Assembly (NCBI GenBank): GCA_040756315.1
Contig: JBFLZI010000001.1
Location: forward strand, 2,461-66,460
DNA length: 64,000 nt
Direction: 5' to 3'
Origin: Thermodesulfobacteriota bacterium
GTDB lineage: Bacteria > Desulfobacterota > Desulfobaccia > Desulfobaccales > 0-14-0-80-60-11
Under the pieces are notes generated by a model that made no database searches, was not told the origin of the DNA, and was given only the letters and a program-made list of their open reading frames with translations. Shown piece after piece: positions 25,580-33,899 of the stretch. Position numbers and translations under genes: made by a program. Every line of letters starts with the position of its first letter. The stretch's first letter is position 1.

Positions 25580-26254
25580 TTAAGGAAGCGGGGCCCGGCC
25601 CCCGTGCCGCCGAGGCCCGCCCCTGGCCCGCACCAGCCAGTTGATCAGCCCAATATCCCCCCGTTTGTCGCCATAGAGCCCCTGGCGGTAAAGTTCTTCC
25701 CAGTAGAGCAGGCTTTTATGGGGGGGATCCTTGGCCATGTCCTGCAAAAGCTGGAAATTCCGGAGAACTACCCGGGGTAGAATGACCCGGCGGTGGAATT
25801 CCACCGGCATCAGGTTGGGCACGTCCCCGTCTTTCGCCAGGCGGTTCGGCTTCTCATAAAACCAAAGCTGCAAGGTGTCGTTGGCCTTGGGATAGGTGTA
25901 AATGAGCTTCACCGGCCCGGCGTCATCCACCGCCACGTGGGTCACCCGGGTGCCGATCTCAAGGTGCTTAAAGTCTTTGGCGAGCAGCTCATCCACGGTG
26001 CGGCAGATGGTGACGGCCCGCCAATCCCCGTCCAGGCAGCGAAACAGCTTCTTGTGGAAAGTCTCGGGAAGGGTGTAAATCCAGGTGGCCGTGTTGGTGG
26101 AGAGGGGGAAGGGTTCTTTGCGCTTTAGGGCCGGGAGGTCAAAGTCCTGGGCCAGTTCTTCGATGGTCTGGTTGAGCCAGTCCTGAAAGGAGGGCTCCAG
26201 GCTCGGGTCATTAACGATATGACCCAATTCCAGCAGCATCTCAGCCAAAGTCAT
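25580..26254 (-). CDS. head-tail adaptor/connector-position protein
   Basis: 224 aa. Called by position only. Confidence 0.4.
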   Translation of the reverse strand: MTLAEMLLELGHIVNDPSLEPSFQDWLNQTIEELAQDFDLPALKRKEPFPLSTNTATWIYTLPETFHKKLFRCLDGDWRAVTICRTVDELLAKDFKHLEIGTRVTHVAVDDAGPVKLIYTYPKANDTLQLWFYEKPNRLAKDGDVPNLMPVEFHRRVILPRVVLRNFQLLQDMAKDPPHKSLLYWEELYRQGLYGDKRGDIGLINWLVRARGGPRRHGGRAPLP

Positions 26255-26274
26255 CGCCGCTTCCTCTCCGGGGC

Positions 26275-26565
26275 TTACCGGCGCCGTTTTGCCATAACAT
26301 TCTTCAGGGCCTCGCCCATGGTTCCCGGTTTCTTGCCGGTTTGCAGTTCGATCTTTTCCATGTGGAGATCGAATTGGGAGGTCTCGGTTTCAGAGCGGAT
26401 AGAGGTCACCTTGCCGGTAACCAGGACCGTCACTTCCTGATCCACCGACAGATCCTTGAAGCCCTCCGGTTCCTGCATCCCGCCTTTGCCGAAATTGAAA
26501 CTCACCTTCCGGCGCCATTCCTTCTCGAAGGCATCCACGGGTTGCGCTTTGGTGGATTTAGCCAT
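26275..26565 (-). CDS. small head-associated protein
   Basis: 96-aa ORF with high GC3. Confidence 0.45.
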   Translation of the reverse strand: MAKSTKAQPVDAFEKEWRRKVSFNFGKGGMQEPEGFKDLSVDQEVTVLVTGKVTSIRSETETSQFDLHMEKIELQTGKKPGTMGEALKNVMAKRRR

Positions 26566-26710
26566 AGCCTTTCCCCTTCCACAGTTTGTCCCCCTCCTCC
26601 AGCCTAAAGCCGCAGCGGGGACAAAACTCCTCCGGGTCCTTGTGGATCCGCGGATCAGGCCGGTAAACCAGCTTGCAGTTTTGACAGAAGCGCAGGGGGG
26701 CGTCCGTCAT
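26558..26710 (-). CDS. 50-aa zinc-ribbon protein (below the track cutoff)
   Basis: MTDAPLRFCQNCKLVYRPDPRIHKDPEEFCPRCGFRLEEGDKLWKGKGYG. Contains CxxC...CxxC. Fills the gap between its neighbours and overlaps the next start by 8 nt. Confidence 0.45.
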   Translation of the reverse strand: MTDAPLRFCQNCKLVYRPDPRIHKDPEEFCPRCGFRLEEGDKLWKGKGYG

Positions 26711-27223
26711 TTACGCCGTGGCCTCCGGCTGAGGAGCCGGTTTGGGCGGCGCCTCCTTGGTGGTGGGCTTGCTTGTCTTTTTGCTGCCCTGGCTTACCTT
26801 TTTCCCGGCCCGGCCCCCGGGGCGCTTAGCCGCTGCCTGGGCCTTCTTCTCCTTTTCCTGCTGCTTGGCAAAGGACAGCAGGGCGGCGTCCAACAGGGGC
26901 CCGGGCTTTATGGCCTCCACGATCTCGGAGACGGAAGTCACCGGAGTGCCGTCATCGAAAATCATGGTGCCGTCCGGGTTGAGAATCAGGCGGCGGGGCT
27001 CTTTTTCCGGCTCGTCATGGCGATGGTCGAACCAATCCAGGGCCTGGGCCAATTCCTGCGGGTCGGTGATCACTTCCCGCAACTCCGCTTTGGACTGCAC
27101 CGGCAGGCCGCTGATATGCACATAAGCGCCCCCCACCAGCTTGGCGATGTGCGCCGTGCCCTTGGCCCAGCTTTTCTCGATCTCGATCTCGCCGTAATTC
27201 TTGGTGAACAAAATCTGGCCCAT
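26711..27223 (-). CDS. head-module protein with Lys/Pro-rich tail
   Basis: 170-aa ORF. Confidence 0.5.
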   Translation of the reverse strand: MGQILFTKNYGEIEIEKSWAKGTAHIAKLVGGAYVHISGLPVQSKAELREVITDPQELAQALDWFDHRHDEPEKEPRRLILNPDGTMIFDDGTPVTSVSEIVEAIKPGPLLDAALLSFAKQQEKEKKAQAAAKRPGGRAGKKVSQGSKKTSKPTTKEAPPKPAPQPEATA

Positions 27224-27233
27224 AAAGCCTCCC

Positions 27234-27704
27234 TTAGACTCCCTTGATTTCGAACTTCACTACCGTGGCCGGCGGTTTATGGCTGGTGGGCACCTCCGCC
27301 AGGGGCCCGGGCAGCACCCCGCCTTTGGTGGCCGCGTCCGCCCCGAGAATGGTTTTGCCTCCGGTATTGTTCACTTCCAACTCCGCATTGGCCACGTCGA
27401 CACCCAAGGAGGCACCCCCGGAACCATCAATGAATTTCAGGTCAAGGCAGGCCTGGAAAATCCGGAGCCTGATGTCGGCTTCGTTCGAGTAGTCGATTTT
27501 GTAGAAGTAGCCGTCGATGGGCTGTTCCACAAAGACCCGCTTGACCTTCTTGTGCATCCCAAAGCGGCTTTTGTCTCCCAAGGGAATGCCGCCGCTGGGG
27601 TAGTTATCGGTGCCGTTGCCAAAGGCCGCCTGGGCCAGGGTTTCCTTGTTGAAGTCCGTAAAGTCCCGCTCCAAAATGGTGACGGTTGCGGCAACATCAG
27701 CCAT
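27234..27704 (-). CDS. head-module protein (decoration-like position)
   Basis: 156-aa ORF. Confidence 0.5.
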   Translation of the reverse strand: MADVAATVTILERDFTDFNKETLAQAAFGNGTDNYPSGGIPLGDKSRFGMHKKVKRVFVEQPIDGYFYKIDYSNEADIRLRIFQACLDLKFIDGSGGASLGVDVANAELEVNNTGGKTILGADAATKGGVLPGPLAEVPTSHKPPATVVKFEIKGV

Positions 27705-27764
27705 GGTCCCATCTCCTCTGAAAAGGCCGCCGGGGCCGCGCTGGGCGGCCCCCGGCGCCCCCCG

Positions 27765-28217
27765 TTAAGTCAGGTTGTGCATATAGGGTTGATTGGCGGC
27801 CACCTCCGCCCGGCGGTGATAGCAGAAGAAGGGGTTGCAGGCCCCGCCTACGCTGGATCCCGCGCCGGCCACCTTCTGCTCGATCACCAACTGCTGCCCC
27901 ACGTCCAGGTCGATGGAGTTGAGGTTTTTGTAATAGATATGGCCGTCCGCATAGCCGTTTTGCAGTTCTATTTCCGCCAACTCCACCCGGCCCGTCTCGC
28001 TGTTGTGGGTCACCCGCTTGTCCAGCGACACCTTCTGCTTGGTGGTCTGGTTGGCGTAAGCGGTGGTGATTTCCAGACCGAAACGGGTGACCGTCAGGGG
28101 TTCCCGGGCGGTGAAGACGAACTTGTCCGCGGCGACGGCATCCACCGCCAGAGGCGTAAACTTGGCGTCCGCCTCGGGCTCGGCCATTACCAGTTTGTCG
28201 TAAGTCCCGTAAGCCAT
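27765..28217 (-). CDS. head-module protein (decoration-like position)
   Basis: 150-aa ORF directly after the capsid gene. Confidence 0.5.
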   Translation of the reverse strand: MAYGTYDKLVMAEPEADAKFTPLAVDAVAADKFVFTAREPLTVTRFGLEITTAYANQTTKQKVSLDKRVTHNSETGRVELAEIELQNGYADGHIYYKNLNSIDLDVGQQLVIEQKVAGAGSSVGGACNPFFCYHRRAEVAANQPYMHNLT

Positions 28218-28247
28218 GATTGTTGCCTCCTGATTGCACCGGTGAAT

Positions 28248-29177
28248 TTACGCGCTGCCGATGCGCATGATCTTGGCCTCGCCGTCGTTGGCGGTTTCCC
28301 AGACGGACCCGAAGGCCAGGATGCCCCGCCAGGCCAGGGCCTTGGTGCGGCCAAAGTCGGACTGGTAATTGGGGTCCGCATAAAGCTGCGGGGTTTCCAC
28401 CTCAATGCGGGCCACGGCCTCGTCGCCGAAGACCACGGCTTCACCTAAGGCCGTGGAACTCCCGGCGGTGTTGGATAACGCCTGCGCCCGGTTGATCTCC
28501 ACCCAGCGGATGCGCTCGGTCTTGCCCTGTTCTCCCAGGAAGAACAAATCCCCCTTCTGGAGATAGAGGTGGACCTGCTGCCAGAGGCGGTCCGTCTTCA
28601 GGGAACGCAGGTTCTTGTTGCAGGACAGGCCGATGAAGTCCTCCCCTTCATAGGGCGGGCAATGGATGGTGTCCGCCAGATAGTCGGCCAGCAGGCCGCA
28701 GTGGTCGAAGGTGAGGCCGGCGGTGGCCGTGCCCCCGGGAGTGCCAGTGGTGTAAAAGGTGCCCCCGGTCAGGCTGGTGGGGACGAAGACGATGGGCACC
28801 GTGGCGGGGTCCAAAAAGGCCTTGGCCGCGGTGGTGTCCAGAGCCCGCTCCATCTGCCGGATGAGGGCCTTCTGCAACAGGTTCCGGGGGTTGAACTGCC
28901 CCAGTTGCTCGTGCAGGTTGGTGTATTCCACCCCCCGGCCATATTCCGCCACCCGGAAGACCCGGTTGCCATATTGCAGCTTGTCGATGGGAATGAGGGT
29001 GTCCTCTTCCAGTTGCGCGCTGGTGGGGTCCGGCAGTTCCTTGATGTGCATCAGGTTGACGTATTCGCCCTTGTGCTTCCCGAAGCCGATGCCGAAGTCC
29101 TGGGTAAAGGGCAGGATTTTGCACTTGCCCAGGGACTTCTCCAGGAGCTTCTTGCTCAGGAAGTTATTCTTGTAGAC
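28248..29177 (-). CDS. major capsid protein, exon 2
   Basis: Sits after the scaffold gene. The track ORF starts at ATG 29051, but 42 further in-frame GC3-rich sense codons with no start codon extend to 29177, ending at the predicted 3' splice site. Confidence 0.7.
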   Translation of the reverse strand, partial: VYKNNFLSKKLLEKSLGKCKILPFTQDFGIGFGKHKGEYVNLMHIKELPDPTSAQLEEDTLIPIDKLQYGNRVFRVAEYGRGVEYTNLHEQLGQFNPRNLLQKALIRQMERALDTTAAKAFLDPATVPIVFVPTSLTGGTFYTTGTPGGTATAGLTFDHCGLLADYLADTIHCPPYEGEDFIGLSCNKNLRSLKTDRLWQQVHLYLQKGDLFFLGEQGKTERIRWVEINRAQALSNTAGSSTALGEAVVFGDEAVARIEVETPQLYADPNYQSDFGRTKALAWRGILAFGSVWETANDGEAKIMRIGSA

Positions 29178-29862
29178 CAGTTAATCCCGCCTGTCGCCAG
29201 GGGGCCGGACTATACCATAACCTCTTGAATCTCAACCTTAGAAAGGTCCAGAATTCCAGAGGTCCTCCTTGGTAGTCTCTGGAGGCTGAATCGACGCTGC
29301 TTCAATGCCTTCAATTCTTCGCTTAACATGGCGAATCTTTCTCTTAGAATGCTCATGTTGCGTCCATTGTTACAGCCCTTCATTGGATGGACGCACAGAC
29401 GCCATTTAATAAACTTCATCATGGCCTGCGCCTCTTCTTTTTTGGCTGTCAAATAAGGCATTGTTTTGGAAAGAATCCTCATTATTCCCCTATAATTTGT
29501 TATTGCCATCGCTAATGATTCCCTATATTGAACTTCACGAGGCTTTATGTAGATTAGAAAGTATTTAACTTTCCATGTTGTCAGGATTTCAGTAATTCGC
29601 CTCATCAAATAGGGATTCGTATTTCTTATTTCAAACCTGGGGCGATAATGAGCAACGTCTCCATTGTGATTCCTGTTATGGCTTACTGAGATACATCCTT
29701 CCCCATCGATAATCCCAGCAAGCCAAGCAGCATCGCGTTCATCCCTGCTGATTGACCCCACCGAACCATTTTCACGCTCTGGTAGGTTCGGATACTCGGG
29801 TTGTTCCAGCACATTCGGAGTTTTCACCATAAAGTCACCTTTATGGGCGGCGTCTAAAGTTC
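29178..29862 (-). ncRNA. group I self-splicing intron (phage td-like appearance) in the capsid gene
   Basis: P GAAUGUGCUGGAAC, Q GUCAAUCAGCAGGG, R CCAGAGACUACC and S AUGGUAUAGUCC occur in order with P4 and P7 complementarity. P2 CCAUAAAG-GUGA-CUUUAUGG. P9 has a GCGA loop. P1 U.G pair, P10 GUCUA/UAGAC and a terminal G are present. GC is ~42% versus ~62% in the flanks. Confidence 0.75.
29210..29830 (-). CDS. LAGLIDADG homing endonuclease (single-motif type)
   Basis: 206 aa with LAGIIDGEG (29696-29722), a low-GC ORF inside the intron. The true start may be an internal GVG GTG. The ATG and its AAAGGUGA lie in the P2 stem. Confidence 0.75.
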   Translation of the reverse strand: MVKTPNVLEQPEYPNLPERENGSVGSISRDERDAAWLAGIIDGEGCISVSHNRNHNGDVAHYRPRFEIRNTNPYLMRRITEILTTWKVKYFLIYIKPREVQYRESLAMAITNYRGIMRILSKTMPYLTAKKEEAQAMMKFIKWRLCVHPMKGCNNGRNMSILRERFAMLSEELKALKQRRFSLQRLPRRTSGILDLSKVEIQEVMV

Positions 29863-29904
29863 ACCGACTGCGGCGTCGAACGCCCAATTAAATGCGCCAG
29901 ACAT
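29863..29904 (-). CDS. major capsid protein, exon 1 (14 codons)
   Basis: AAGGAGG, then 7 nt, then ATG, immediately after the scaffold stop. Encodes MSGAFNWAFDAAVG and ends with U at the predicted 5' splice site. Confidence 0.65.
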
Positions 29905-29916
29905 GGTTTATCCTCC

Positions 29917-30972
29917 TTAGATGACCCTCCTTTCCAGTTGTTTCTCCAGGAGGGTGCCCATGGTTTCGGGTTTTTCTCCTTCCTTGGGAGGCGGACGGTA
30001 ACCGCTGCCGCCCCTTTCCAGGACTGCATGTTCCTGATGAACCTCGGCGGGTTTGGGAGTGGGCGGAGAAGGCGGCGTTTGGCCGGCAATCTCCTCCTTC
30101 ATGCGCCGGGCTTCCTTAATGGTCCAGTTGACCTGTTCCTTGAAGGGCAGGTTGGGCGCAAACCGGGCATTACCCCAGAAAAGGAGGTAATCCGGAGACC
30201 CGGGTTTCATGTCCAGGCCCGCCTCACTGGCCATCTGCATGGCCAGAGTTTCCGCCTCGCCTTGGCCGCCAGCAGGCTCCGGTTGCGGCGGCGGGGCTGC
30301 CGCTGGACTAGCTTTGAGCTTTTCTTCCACCCGCCGGTCCACAATGGCGGCGATGGTCTGCTCATCCAGCGGGGCCCCCACGCCCACTTTTTTCCAGATT
30401 TTGGCGGCCTTCTTGTAATAATCCGGGTCATAGGGATCAATTTCGCTGATCTCCTGTAGGCCCCGGGCAATGGCCGCTTCCTGTTCCTCCTCGGTCATTT
30501 GGGGCGGGACCGGAGGCTTTTCCTCCGGGGCGGCCGGCTTGGCCTTAAGCTCTTCCAGCTCCCGGCGCAGGGCCTCCGTTTCTTCCCGGGCCTTTTTGGC
30601 CTCTTCCGCCTTTTCGTGGGCCATGCGCTCGGCTTCTTTGTAGCCGAGCTCCGCGGCCCGGTGGTCCCGGTATTTGGGCTTGAAATCCCAACCCGGGGGC
30701 AACTCTTCCCCTCCCTCCGGCGGCGTGGCCGGCGGCGGAGTCCCGCCATCCGGGGGGACCGCACCAGGAGTTTCCGAAGCCTTCTCGCTGGGACCCTCGG
30801 GCTCTTCTGGCGGCGTCTCTTCCGCCACATCAGCCGGGTGGCCGGTATAAATGCGGCGTTCCTGAAGGGCGCTTAAGGACGCCCCCAGAGAACCTTCCTC
30901 CTCCGCGTTCACCGGCTCCACCGGACGCCCGCCGGGCGTATCCATTCCGGGCTTCTCTCCTTCTTGGCTCAT
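29917..30972 (-). CDS. scaffolding protein
   Basis: 351 aa, acidic, Pro-rich with a central coiled coil. Lies between portal and capsid. Confidence 0.6.
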   Translation of the reverse strand: MSQEGEKPGMDTPGGRPVEPVNAEEEGSLGASLSALQERRIYTGHPADVAEETPPEEPEGPSEKASETPGAVPPDGGTPPPATPPEGGEELPPGWDFKPKYRDHRAAELGYKEAERMAHEKAEEAKKAREETEALRRELEELKAKPAAPEEKPPVPPQMTEEEQEAAIARGLQEISEIDPYDPDYYKKAAKIWKKVGVGAPLDEQTIAAIVDRRVEEKLKASPAAAPPPQPEPAGGQGEAETLAMQMASEAGLDMKPGSPDYLLFWGNARFAPNLPFKEQVNWTIKEARRMKEEIAGQTPPSPPTPKPAEVHQEHAVLERGGSGYRPPPKEGEKPETMGTLLEKQLERRVI

Positions 30973-31027
30973 AACGGGTCTCCATTCCCGCCAATGGGTG
31001 TCCTTTGTCGGGCCATTGGCTTATTTT

Positions 31028-31417
31028 TCAGGCCGGTATCCCGTCAGGCGGGGCGGCCCCTTTCTCCTGGGTTTGTCGATAAGTCTGAAAAAGCTCCTTC
31101 CCCATCAATTTCCTCAAGCGCTCTTCCGCCATCCGGGGAATCAATTCGATCTTGCCGTGCAGTTCTCTGATGACCTCTTCCAGGGCCACGCATTGCTGGT
31201 CGTTCCTGGCCAGCAACTCCAGGCGGTCCGAGTATTTCTTCACCAGCAGGGCCAGCAGGGGACTTGCCTGAAGCTCCGTCAGCAAGGCCCGGCTGTCCTG
31301 CACCGCCTGAAAATGGCGCACCTTGGCCTCTTCGGTTCCCGGTCTGGTCTCGACCAGAGGGCGGCCCGTCACCATGTCCACCGGCGCGCCGGAGTTGTCC
31401 AGGATCTCGTGGGTCAC
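31028..31417 (-). CDS. hypothetical head-module protein
   Basis: 129-aa ORF. ATGA-type overlap with the portal gene end. Confidence 0.5.
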   Translation of the reverse strand: MTHEILDNSGAPVDMVTGRPLVETRPGTEEAKVRHFQAVQDSRALLTELQASPLLALLVKKYSDRLELLARNDQQCVALEEVIRELHGKIELIPRMAEERLRKLMGKELFQTYRQTQEKGAAPPDGIPA

Positions 31418-33297
31418 GCCATGCCTCCTTCCGCTGGCGTTGCCGGCGGGACGGCCAGGGCCTCATTCACCGCCTGCTGGGTGGCCGCTTGCTCGGCCAG
31501 GGCCTGCAAGGCGATGCTCTGTTCCTGCTGGCCTTGCTGGGCCGCGTCGATAACGGCGGCCTTGCCCTCGTCCACCACGATGCCTTCGTCCTTCAGGTTG
31601 AGGCGCACTTCCAGGGCCCGCAGTAACCGGTAAGGCTTCAGGTAGGGAATAAAAATCTGGTTTTCAAAACAGGGCAGAAAGATGTCCCTGATGTTCCGGA
31701 TGATCTCCCAGTCCCGCATCAGGGCGGAGATGCCGGAGACATGGAAGGCCCCCGTGGTCAACTGGGGCAGACGCAGGCCGGTAGGCGAGGAAGGATCAGC
31801 ATATTTTTGGGCCCAGTCCTGACCCATAAGCTGGACCAGCTCGTCATAGGTGAGATTGAGGGCCACGGTCTCGGCCCCGGCCACGATGGCGTTGAGGGCC
31901 CCCTGCTCCAGGTTTTTGCCGATCAGGGAAAAGACCGTCAGGGCCTGCTCCAAGCTCTGGGCCGATTCCCGGGCGGTCACCTCCGCCCGGTAGCCCGGCA
32001 GGCCCCGCACCAGGTTGGTGATGAAAGTCCCTTCCTCAAACCGCTGCTGGGCGAAGTTCTCATTGGCCAGGACCTCGTTGGTGACGCTTTTGCGTTCCAC
32101 GGTGCGGACGGCCTGTTGGCCGCTCACCGTGCCCCGGGTGAGATACTTCTTGCCGGGATAGTCGTCCACGTCCTCTTGGTCCACCAGGGCCGAAACGTCG
32201 ATTTCCGTGGGCGGGTTGACCACCCAGTTCAAATTGTCGTTGTGGAGGCAGAGCAGGGAGCACATGAAATACCACAGGCTCTTGATGCCCTGGAGCAGGC
32301 CCCGGCCATCGAACCGGAGCAGGTGTGGCAGAGGGCTGAAGCCCATGCCCGGCCAGCGCAGGGTGGGGTAGGGGCTTTTTTTCGGCAGGGAAATCACTTT
32401 GCCGTTGGCCACCGTATAAGTGGCGTTGGGCAGCAGCAGCTCCCCTTTGGAGTCCAGCACCGTGCCCCAGAACTCCGAGGTCAGGATCATGGTGCGGTAT
32501 TTGGAGCGGTGAAAGGCCTGGTCCTTGCGCAGTTGGACGGCCTCTTTGGTCATGTGGGGGTCGGATTTCGGGGCCGAACCCGGGGTGCCGGGGGCGATTT
32601 CCGACACGTTGCGGTAGCGCCCGTCCTTTTGAAACTTCCTGAGCAGCCAGTAGTCCAGCCATTCCTGATGAACCCAATACATGCCGGACTGGGGCTGGCG
32701 GGAGATGGCGTCCGGGTCCCGGTGGATCTTCCAGGGCTCCACCAGGATGTAGCGCAGCCCTTTGCCGGTGCGCCATACCGGGATCATCTCCATGGACTGC
32801 CCCACCGCGAAGCCCATGCCGCAGGCGTCCGTGAACTGGATGGGGAAATCCGCATAGTTCCGGGACAACAGCAGGCCCATGAGTTTTTCCCAAAATTCGG
32901 CGGCTTCCCGGTTCTGCTCGTTGTCGATGGAGAGGAACTGCACGTCGAAGGCCTTGCGCACGATGCTCATGGCGAACTGCACCGCGCCGTAAGGCTTGGG
33001 AATGATCACCTGGGACTGCCAGGGCTCCTTCTGAGCGTAATTGGGGGGCGGCTCTTCGTTATAGACGTTCCAGCATTCCTGCTGCTCCTGCCGGATCTTG
33101 GTCATGGCCTGCACCGAGGTGTCGATGCAGTCTTGGCAGTAATCGACGAAATGCTGCTCGTTCCCCGTGGCGTAGGCCTGGGCCGCCTCCTCCCGCTCGG
33201 CCAGTTCTTTTTCGTCCATTGCCGGAGCGGCGGGTTCCTTGGCCAGTTGCAGCACCCGGCGCCGGACTTCTTCCTGGGGATTCTCCGCAAAGGCCAT
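31414..33297 (-). CDS. portal protein
   Basis: 627 aa. Follows terL (two small ORFs between) and precedes the scaffold and capsid genes. Called by size and position. Confidence 0.7.
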   Translation of the reverse strand: MAFAENPQEEVRRRVLQLAKEPAAPAMDEKELAEREEAAQAYATGNEQHFVDYCQDCIDTSVQAMTKIRQEQQECWNVYNEEPPPNYAQKEPWQSQVIIPKPYGAVQFAMSIVRKAFDVQFLSIDNEQNREAAEFWEKLMGLLLSRNYADFPIQFTDACGMGFAVGQSMEMIPVWRTGKGLRYILVEPWKIHRDPDAISRQPQSGMYWVHQEWLDYWLLRKFQKDGRYRNVSEIAPGTPGSAPKSDPHMTKEAVQLRKDQAFHRSKYRTMILTSEFWGTVLDSKGELLLPNATYTVANGKVISLPKKSPYPTLRWPGMGFSPLPHLLRFDGRGLLQGIKSLWYFMCSLLCLHNDNLNWVVNPPTEIDVSALVDQEDVDDYPGKKYLTRGTVSGQQAVRTVERKSVTNEVLANENFAQQRFEEGTFITNLVRGLPGYRAEVTARESAQSLEQALTVFSLIGKNLEQGALNAIVAGAETVALNLTYDELVQLMGQDWAQKYADPSSPTGLRLPQLTTGAFHVSGISALMRDWEIIRNIRDIFLPCFENQIFIPYLKPYRLLRALEVRLNLKDEGIVVDEGKAAVIDAAQQGQQEQSIALQALAEQAATQQAVNEALAVPPATPAEGGMA

Positions 33298-33300
33298 GGG

Positions 33301-33627
33301 TCACTTCCGCATGGGAATTTTCCTCAACTGGCCCACCGGTTTCGGCACCAGTTCCGCCCGGGGCACCCCCTGGGGCCGGGGCGGCTGGGCCACCGCCGGG
33401 GAGGGCGGGCCCGGGTTGGCCGGCTTCGCCTTGGCGTGGCCGGGGTTGCTTTTCTTTTTCTCCGGCAGGCCTTTGTGGGGAGTGCCGGCGAACTCCTTTA
33501 CATCCGCCGGCTTCATGCTCTTGGCGATCTCTGCCGACGGGGTCCCGGCTTTGGCTTTCACTTCGCCCTTTTGGATGGCGTGGGCTATGCCCATGGCCTG
33601 TTGCTGCTTCTTGCTCACTGCGGGCAT
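33301..33627 (-). CDS. DUF3008-like small basic protein
   Basis: MPAVSKKQQQAMGIAHAIQKGE...EFAGTPHKGLPEKK resembles the conserved N-terminal pattern of that family, as I recall it. Confidence 0.5.
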   Translation of the reverse strand: MPAVSKKQQQAMGIAHAIQKGEVKAKAGTPSAEIAKSMKPADVKEFAGTPHKGLPEKKKSNPGHAKAKPANPGPPSPAVAQPPRPQGVPRAELVPKPVGQLRKIPMRK

Positions 33628-33899
33628 GGCGACCCTCCTCCTTCTTCAACGCCGGGCCGGTCCCAGCGGATGCGGTCATAGTTTTCCCGGTATCTGTCGC
33701 TGACATGGCGACAGTTGGCCAAATCCCCGGTGGGGTAAGGCGGCTCCCCGTTCCACCCCTTCTCCCCCGGGTCGTAAATTTCCCCGGTGACCATGTTCCG
33801 GAACACTTCCTTGCCCTGCTTCACCCCGTCCCTGTCCTTGCCGGTGTATTGCCTGACCTCCCACCAGCCCTTAAAGCCGCCGGTTTCAAGTTCGGGCAT
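33615..33899 (-). CDS. hypothetical 94-aa protein
   Basis: ATG overlaps the terL stop (TAATG). The upstream part of the track ORF (to 34220) is out of frame inside terL. Confidence 0.45.
   Translation of the reverse strand: MPELETGGFKGWWEVRQYTGKDRDGVKQGKEVFRNMVTGEIYDPGEKGWNGEPPYPTGDLANCRHVSDRYRENYDRIRWDRPGVEEGGGSPCPQ

Noticed and set aside
29210-29830. LAGLIDADG ORF as an intein within the capsid protein
   Set aside because: Exon 1, the endonuclease ORF and exon 2 are in three different frames with stop codons between them. No Cys/Ser...His-Asn splice-junction residues are present. Group I core elements explain the insert instead.
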